DNA of 63,021 nucleotides, counting the filler, from Octopus bimaculoides (taxonomy: Eukaryota): NCBI RefSeq assembly GCF_001194135.2. It is 5 parts of 5 records of this genome, joined end to end, with 100 filler letters (N's around TTAATTAATTAA, not from the genome) between each part and the next. Parts side by side here need not be neighbours in the genome. Positions count along the whole stretch, not along the records: positions 45,903 to 61,757 come from NC_068986.1; positions 61,858 to 63,021 come from NW_026407014.1; 3 more parts are not named here. The stretch is one strand, 5' to 3'. The notes under the pieces were generated by a model, which saw nothing but the letters and a program-made list of their open reading frames with translations, was not told where the DNA came from and ran no database searches. Every line of letters begins with the position of its first letter. Within the stretch, counting starts at the first letter, position 1. Positions 54,890-63,021 of this stretch are shown one piece after another. The position numbers and the translations under genes are program-made.

Positions 54890-55020
54890 GTGGTCAGGTG
54901 AAATATAATCCGCACGATTTTGAAGTCTTGGCGATTTCAAGCACGATTCATGCAAAGTTTGAAATAATTTTAATTCTATATATTATAACAATCTACTCAC
55001 CGAACAACATTTTTACTTAA
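54890..55020 (+). CDS. Terminal exon copy 1 (GPI-signal-like tail)
   Basis: Acceptor tctttcaaatattttccag|. A phase-1 join to 48571 gives FTLG-GQVKYNPHDFEVLAISSTIHAKFEIILILYIITIYSPNNIFT*. AATAAA at 55321. Confidence 0.72.
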
Positions 55021-56552
55021 AATTGAAAATTCTAAATTTTGTTTTTATTTAAATATATTNNNNNNNNNNNNNNNNNNNNNNNNNNNNNNNNNNNNNNNNN
55101 NNNNNNNNNNNNNNNNNNNNNNNNNNNNNNNNNNNNNTATTTAAAAATAATTTTTAGCTTTAGTTATTTTCATATCTTTACTATATTTCTACATAAAATC
55201 AAAGTATCTATTATGCATCAATTTTCAAAATTACAAAGAACATAAGAATGAATTTTTAAAATTTATTTGAATTTTCCCCTAAGTGTACCAGTGTCTTAAT
55301 TTAGTCTTAATTCATACACGAATAAAAAGTTCTTTAGAAATAAATCTAATAAATGATAATTATGATAATATTGTTGTTGTTTTTATCGTTGTCCCAAGAT
55401 CTGCTCTGTGCTTATAGGCGTATAAGGAAAAAGCATTGAAAGTATGACCAATCCGCTTATTCGTATAAGAGAAAGTACATTCGTTATATTCTTATGAATA
55501 TAGGCAGCGCCATTAAGCTCATGTGATCTAATCCGTCATTGGTGTAACTGCACCACCATCAACATTACTCGGCAATTTCAAAGGTTTCATTCTACTGCCC
55601 GCAATTGGGCCAGGCCTCGATATAGATACAATGATTCCGGCTGTTTACCAGAATTGGAGGATAGAGAGGGAAGTGGTATTCCAGTGGGACCTATCAACAG
55701 AAATGGAAGTGGCCCAGGTCTGTGATTAAGGCCTTTGTTATCTGCCTTATTTGCTGGCCGACCGACTCTCCGTAACCTACGTCCAGGTCAGCTACTTAGA
55801 GGAAACAGAAATTGTGCTTAGTACAATATCATGAGTCAAAATGTCCACAGTATCAATCCGTAGTCTAGCAAGTCCTGTGAGGTAAAAAAATGTCTCTCAG
55901 TTTGCGGAGGGAAACTAAAAGCAACTGACTGAGGCAATGGAACAAACAACAAAATGCTGCTGAGTGGTAAGTGGTTTTCGTTTCCACAAGAAGACATTGT
56001 TTATTTTTGAAATGCACGAACGTCATATCTAGAAAAAATCTTTATTTGAATTGAAATGTTTTTAGCGAAAATTTAATCAACAATTAATGAACATTATTAA
56101 CATCATATATATATATATANNNNNNNNNNNNNNNNNNNNNNNNNNNNNNNNNNNNNNNNNNNNNNNNNNNNNNNNNNNNNNNNNNNNNNNNNNNNNNNNN
56201 NNNNNNNNNNNNNNNNNNNNNNNNNNNNNNNNNNNNNNNNNNNNNNNNNNNNNNNNNNNNNNNNNNNNNNNNNNNNNNNNNNNNNNNNNNNNNNNNNNNN
56301 NNNNNNNNNNNNNNNNNNNNNNNNNNNNNNNNNNNNNNNNNNNNNNNNNNNNNNNNNNNNNNNNNNNNNNNNNNNNNNNNNNNNNNNNNNNNNNNNNNNN
56401 NNNNNNNNNNNNNNNNNNNNNNNNNNNNNNNNNNNNNNNNNNNNNNNNNNNNNNNNNNNNNNNNNNNNNNNNNNNNNNNNNNNNNNNNNNNNNNNNNNNN
56501 NNNNNNNNNNNNNNNNNNNNNNNNNNNNNNNNNNNNNNNNNNNNNNNNNNNN

Positions 56553-56690
56553 GAATGGATCGACCTCCGAAAGGATGAAAGGCAAAGTTGAACCCAGCGA
56601 AATTTGAATTCGAAAAGTACAACCACAAGAAATGCTGCTTGGCCTCCGTCCAGCATGTCAACGATTCTGCCAGTGCGCTGGCAGAATCAT
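56553..56690 (-). mobile_element. SINE family A fragment
   Basis: Contains cgacctccgaaaggatgaaaggcaaagttg..aacgattctgccag. Confidence 0.75.
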
Positions 56691-59144
56691 TTAAACAATA
56701 ATCTAAATGAAATATATCTCCGTCATCTGAACATCCAAAGTTTTCATCTATCTCTCGAAATCAATACTTGTACGTAAATCATAATCTGGATGTACATTTC
56801 TTAATAATGTGTACTTGAGACAAACCATTTGAGGGGAAATTTCGATCAAATACATCGTCTTCACTATATTATCATTCTTACTACATATCAAGAATTTATG
56901 AACAACATAAAACTTCCCATTAACAAATTTACCCTTCCTCCGTCCTGGGTCGCCTCGCCAAATATCAAGAACTATAATTAATTTAATCGAGTAATGCGCT
57001 CCCTAAATTTCTGGCTCTGTGACTGTGTTAGAAACAAAACTTAACATTGTAAACCAGTTTGGCTTTTCGGCGTCACATTTATAGTGTGATTTGTGGAAGA
57101 TTTGATTGAACTTTCTGGTAGATTAATCAAATGACCTGATTTTGGCTTCCACTTTGACATGGATATCGACCGTTTTGAATAATTTCACTTTTGTTTTTAA
57201 TGTATTCCATTCTGTTTCTATAGAAAACCATTCCGAAATGGTGTCGCACACATGTAAAGTCATTACTTCCCTTTTCCCCCGACCTCATTTATAGTCATAA
57301 TGAATGATAAATATTTAATGCCAACTAGGTTGTTCGAAAGCTTTAGATATAATAAATGCGATTTCTACGTTTGAGACTCAACACTATTTATCTGAAAATA
57401 TGTAAACATTTTAACTTATATAATCTACAAAGACTTCACAAAAATAATTCCGTCGAAATAGCTATACAAATATTTTACTTTTTGCTATTTTGTCAGAAAC
57501 TAGTTGAAAGTTTTTCAGTTGTTGAATTCGAAGACAAGAGACATTATGAGAATAATCGTCTTGTTTTGTTACACCCAATTTTCAGATACTAAAAATGTTT
57601 GGCATCGTACTGCCCAGCAACATCTCTATGAATTGGCTCGGAAACTCCAACTGCAAAATTGAAATGTGTTAGCACCCCGCTTTAGCAGGAGGTAAAGAGA
57701 GGAGTATCTTTACGTTTGGATGAATTCACTGCAGTATGATTTCGTTCGAGTAATGAAAAAGAAGCATTAGAGTCATAAGTGAAATGAACTTATTCCAGTC
57801 GAATGCTGAAACTATATTTCAATATTTAACTTATCATACAAGCCACAGAAGAAGATTTGGTTTCACAATTTAACCGACTTACAAAAAACTGCAGCGAAAT
57901 CTCTTTCATACTACATACGCCATCTTAAGATATGAAGGACAAATTACATTATATATCCCTAGACATTCCTAAATATGAGGGAGAACTATCATAGCTCTGC
58001 TCAATCAAGGATAACTTTGGCAATCAAACTTGTTCTCTATAATTCCCCTTACTTCACGACTGAAATTTGCTGATGTTGTTTCTTTGTTAGACATTAGTCA
58101 CCTAAATGAACTTGCGTATAATAATTGAATTACTCAAAAAGCGAAAGAGGTTAGTGGTCCGTATCCGTCACTAATTTACTTCTTTTACTCTGAAATTCAC
58201 TAACCACAGAGTAAATATAGTTCCAAGTTATAAACATGTCGAAGAAGGTTAGAGCTGATTGTTATCTTTGGTATTTCGCTACAGTAATGCTTTAAAAAAA
58301 ACGGACATCGAGGACATCATACACACAAGAGTAATAGTTTTCGTTAAATTATGAAGCAAAGCAATAACGAAGACACAATCTGCAATAAACATAGCATTTA
58401 TAATAGGATTATAAACGATTACTGAGTAAATATCTTAAGTGTGATTCGTATATCATTAAAACGTTATATGACAAACAAGCTCAGTGGAGCCGCTATTGTA
58501 CTTCTTTCACCAACATCAGTGGCACTGCTGCGGCTATGGGTCAAAGCTCAGTCACATAAACTTTCTGATATAAAAATAAGTATATAGTGCAGCGTATTAA
58601 AATTTATTAAACCTTTACTAGCGTAGCTGAGTAATATTATATCAGTATTATATCTTCGAATTCCAATCTACACGGTACGTGAAGTCAATACAGTTGATAA
58701 TAATTCGCAGTTTAATCCAGGATTTTAATTTCACGCATCATAGTCTGCCGAAACGATTGCAATTATCCTTTTGTTTTACAGAGAGTAGATTTAGAATAAT
58801 ATAAAGCAATCTTCAAGGATAAACAACTGAGAAATTTGCCTTAGTCATAAGCAAGTCCAGATTTCATCATAAACAGTCATCGTTCAAAACTCTTTCTACA
58901 GGGTGTTCAGTTATGACGTAAGCATAAAAACGATACACATTTCTCGTGGTAGAAGTGACAAGTATATAACAAACAAAAGTTGAAAGGCAAAAGTTGACAT
59001 CAACAGAATGTGAATTCAGAACGTAAAGACGAACGAAATGCCGCTGAGCCCCTTTCCCAGCGTGCATGCGTTTCCTCTACCGAATTTGCCTTGTCTAAAA
59101 AAAAATAAAATGCGCCCTTTTAAAGCCTACCCAGNNNNNNNNNN

Positions 59145-59290
59145 GCGTTACTCATTTTTGCCAGCTGAGTGGCCAAGAGCAAAGTGAAATGAAGTGTTTT
59201 GCTCAAGAACACAACGCGTCGCCCGGTCCAGGAATCGAAACCACAATCTTACAATCATGATGCTGACAACCCAACCACTAACCCACGCGC
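59145..59290 (-). mobile_element. SINE family C fragment, only in duplication unit 2
   Basis: Contains ctcatttttgccagctgagtgg..gctcaagaacacaacgcg..ggaatcgaaacc. Confidence 0.8.
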
Positions 59291-59577
59291 CTCCACATTT
59301 ACCTTGTTTACATATCCAATAATAATGATAATTATTTTTATCCCAAAATTTAAGGGAATCTATATTGATTTGCATTTCGTCATTGTTACCAAATCAAATA
59401 AAATATCTATGAAAATTGCCAAAAAATGGTTTGTTCTGTTAATTCGTCTTTACATATCTAATAATAGTGATCATAATTTGATTTCTTATCAATATATGCT
59501 AATGTGAAAATAATCACCAGTGGAATATTTTAACAAATTCAAAATTTTACAAATCGCTTCTTTCAAATATTTTCCAG

Positions 59578-59708
59578 GTGGTCAGGTTAAATATAATCCG
59601 CACGATCTTGAAGTATTGGCGATTTCAAACTTGATTCAAGCAAATTATGGAATAATTTTAATTTTAAATGTCATAACAGTCTACTCACTTAACAATTTAT
59701 TTACTTGA
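59578..59708 (+). CDS. Terminal exon copy 2 (GPI-signal-like tail)
   Basis: Same acceptor context, same length (131 nt) and same phase as copy 1. It encodes G-GQVKYNPHDLEVLAISNLIQANYGIILILNVITVYSLNNLFT*. AATAAA at 59726 and 60012. Confidence 0.68.
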
Positions 59709-60059
59709 AAAGTCAAAATGAAGAAAATAAATATAAGGAATGTAATACTTTTTAGAAATTTTAATATGCAACATATTTTATCGAAAATGCTAAATTCAAA
59801 ATAAAGTATATAAATTTTTATTTCAGTTGACTTCATATATTCATTATATTCAACTTAAAATTAAAATGTCTACTATGCATTAAATTTCAAAATTTCAAAA
59901 TTACGAAGAACATAATAACATTTTAGAAATAATTCCTATTTTCTCCTACATGTATCTTTGTCCTGTATTATTCTTAACGCTTACAGAAAATTGAATGAAA
60001 ATTTCTATAGAAATAAAAGACATCTAATAAATAACAATAATGACACTCTTCTTGTTGTG

Positions 60060-60493
60060 AAGGCGGTGAGCTGGCAGAAACGTTAGCACGCCGGGCGAAA
60101 TTCTTAGCGGTGATTCGTCTGCCATTACCTTCTGAGTTCAAATTCCGCCGAGGTCGACTTTACCTTCCATGCTTTCAGGGTCAATGAATTAAGTACCAGT
60201 TACGCACTGGGGTAGATGTAATCGACTTAATCCCATTCTCTGTCCTTGTTTGTCCCCTCTATGTTTAGCCCCTTTTTGGGCAATAAAGAAATGAGAAACG
60301 TTAGCACGCCGGGCGAAATGCATAACCGTATACCATCTATCTATACGTTCTGAGTTCAAATTCCGCCGAGGTGGACTTTGCCTTTCATCCTTTTGGAGTC
60401 GACAAATTTAATACCAGTTGCGTACTGGGGTCGATCTAATCCACTGGCCACCACCTCAAAAATTTAGAGCCTTGTGCTTAGACTAGAAAAGAT
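60060..60493 (+). mobile_element. SINE family A dimer, full length, inserted only in unit 2
   Basis: Two monomers, each with gttagcacgccgggcgaaat..ttctgagttcaaattccgccgagg. Flanks tcttgttgtg / tcctgttgtg resemble a TSD. Confidence 0.93.
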
Positions 60494-61700
60494 TTTTCCT
60501 GTTGTGTTTTCGTTGTTGTCTCAAATCGGCTTTGTGTGAGTAGGTTTTGAGAACACATACCTTTTAGCCTTGACCAATCCATTTATTGTACAATAGAAGC
60601 TACATTGATTAATGTACTCTTTGTATTGAAACTTAGTTCGAAGGTCGAATGACCTCGTTGTATTGTTATGAATATAGGCGGCGCCACTAAGCACGTGTGA
60701 TGTAATCTGTCAGCTGGTGTATCTCCACCACCATCATCACCAACGTTACTCGGTAAGTTTCAAAGGATTTACACCACTACCCGCAATTGGGCCAGGTCTC
60801 TTTATAGATACAATGATTCTTGCAGTGCACCATCCTTTTCATACTACCAGTATTAGAGGTTAGAAGTGGAAATGGTATTCAGGTGGTAACCTGCCGCCAG
60901 AAATGTTAGTGACACAGTGCTGTGAATAATGCTTTAGGTATCTGCCTTATTTACTAGCAGGCCGACTCGCAACAACCTGCGTCCAAGTAAGCTACTTCGA
61001 GAAAACTGAAATTGTAGCTAGTCGCACATCATGACACAAAAATGCTGCTGGTGAGTCGAGTACGGTATGTGGGTTTCATCTCCATATGAAAACATACAGT
61101 TCATTTTGGAAATATCTGAACGTCATATCCAGAATGACGGTCTTTTGTTTAAAATGTTTTATGGCGAATTAGAAAGTGATCAACCTTATTAACAGAGTTT
61201 AAATATTTTTTAGTGGTAATGTCTAAAGGAAATAAAAATAACAGTAAAAATGACATTGATTAATTATAATGATTAATGAGTGTAGTTTTAGTAATTTAGA
61301 GAAATACTACAAATTAAATAATGAAAATCACGACGATATATCGTCGACGAAAACAATCGTAATCAGCAATAATGCAAGGGACATATTTTAATAATTCATA
61401 TATGAAAAAATTTACCTCTAGACATTTCATAACATTCTGATAGTTTCAAAGTTTCTAATCACTTTTAAAGATAAATTGCAGAATTTCTTTAGCTTGGTAT
61501 GAAGAGGCAATTTATTTAATTATAACATAAAAAACTACGATGTTTCAAAATGCTGGAAGAACAAAGAATTTATATTAAATAATGTTTACACATATTTGAA
61601 TAGTACAGTATATACGTGTGTATATGTGTGGTGGAGGAAAATATGTATATATTATGTATCATATTTAAAGCATACACAAATGCTCACATAAACATATGCA

Positions 61701-61744
<44 letters not shown>

Positions 61745-61934
61745 TATATATTTATATNNNNNNNNNNNNNNNNNNNNNNNNNNNNNNNNNNNNNNNNNNN
61801 NTTAATTAATTAANNNNNNNNNNNNNNNNNNNNNNNNNNNNNNNNNNNNNNNNNNNNGCATGGCCACAGTCAAATGACTGAAACAAGTAAAAGGGTAAAA
61901 GAGTAAGAGTAAAGATATATATATATGTATATAT

Positions 61935-62980
61935 ATTTTTTATATAATGTATTATTATTAATATCAGGAAATCAATATCAGAAAATTCTTCAGAAAGATA
62001 TATACGTGTGTAAAATAATTGTTGCATTAAAAATATAAATATGTATAAATATATGTAAATATGTATAAGTATAAATATATAATAATAATAAACATGACAG
62101 TTTAAAAGTTTTGAATTAAGTTTTAAAGAATCTTACAATCGTTTCGCAGAAGTGCTGTCCTAATAATGGAATCCTATATTGATAAACATTTATAGACAAT
62201 TCTTTAGAGATATAAAATGTGAAATTTGTATAATTTAACAAATGGAAGTTTTTTAAAAATATGAAGTAATATGGGGAAATGGTGTTTGTTTGAAATCTAA
62301 ATTAAAAATTACTGCACCATTTTCCCATATAATTTCATAATTTAAAAAAACTACCATTCGTTAAATTATACAAATTTCACATTTGATATTTCTGAGGAGC
62401 AGAAGAGTTATCTATAAATGTTTATCAATATAGGATTCTATTATTGTATATTATCTAAGTCTATGAACTCTATTTGGAATACAGGATAATATAATGGATT
62501 TTATACTTAATTATTATGGATTACTACAGAAGACCAACCAAGGAAGCATATATGGATTAAAGACTCTCATACTAAAGTGTACTTACGAAAATCAAAAGCA
62601 GTCATTTTTAATCTTTAATTTATATTTCAAACAAACACCATTTCCCCATATTACTTCATATTTTTAAAAACTACCATTTGATAAATCATACAAATTTCTG
62701 AAGAGCAGAAGTGTTGTCTATAAATGCTTATCAATATAGGATTCCATTATAGGGACAGCGCTTCTGCGAAATGATCATAAGATGCTTTAAAAACTTAATT
62801 CAAACCTTTTAAACTGTCATATTTATTATTATATATTTATACTTATATATATTTTCATATATTTTATATATTTATATTTTTAATACAACAGTTATTCTAC
62901 ACACATATACATCTTTCCGATGAATTTTCTAATATCAATTTCCTGATATTAATAATAATTATATTATAAACTATATATAA
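61935..62980. mobile_element. AT-rich foldback element with about 380-bp inverted arms and an extra internal arm copy
   Basis: 61935-62316 is the reverse complement of about 62598-62980. 62317-62445 repeats the start of the right arm. Confidence 0.82.
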
Positions 62981-63021
62981 TCGCTCGTATTAAATACATA
63001 AATACTTTAATAGTATTAATA

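Larger units (their letters stand above)
51890..61200. repeat. Tandem segmental duplication, two full units plus a stub (period 4-5 kb)
   Basis: Colinear anchors at 52293/57221, 54890/59578, 55270/59935, 55375/60500 and about 52000/55966/61065. Divergence is visibly substantial. Confidence 0.9.
1..63021. repeat. Dense microsatellites throughout: (TA)n, (CA)n, (AAT)n, (ATGT)n, (GATA)n, (AG)n, (GAT)n
   Basis: Examples are 9401-9484, 12573-12781, 16709-16920, 18885-19010, 21920-22005, 24855-24930, 27468-27515, 31170-31350 and 36130-36260. Most N gaps abut them. Confidence 0.98.

Noticed and set aside
56663-56688. 11-bp hairpin gattctgccag/ctggcagaatc resembling a terminator
   Set aside because: It is formed by inverted duplication of a SINE head, and Rho-independent terminators are not relevant here.

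Overview
AT-rich, microsatellite- and gap-laden eukaryotic genomic DNA. The SINE/LINE repertoire looks like that of an octopod cephalopod; this is an inference, not a database match. Most of the window is intronic or intergenic, filled with decayed mobile elements: RTE, R4/Dong-like, Tx1/L1, Penelope GIY-YIG, Tc1, mariner, a hAT MITE, foldback elements and at least three tRNA-derived SINE families. The only host gene seen is the 3' end of a contactin-like Ig/FN3 adhesion gene on the + strand. It comprises a last-FN3 exon (48397-48571) and two tandemly duplicated, intact, phase-compatible 131-nt terminal exons (54890-55020 and 59578-59708) encoding divergent GPI-signal-like tails inside a 4-5 kb tandem segmental duplication. 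A second notable cluster (7.2-12.6 kb) holds minimal type-I hammerhead ribozyme motifs of two Penelope-linked families. One of these is fused behind a tRNA-derived Pol III head, giving a SINE-like element that carries a hammerhead. Nearly all ORFs in the supplied track are artefacts of microsatellites or N runs. All alignments were done by eye, so element boundaries are approximate.
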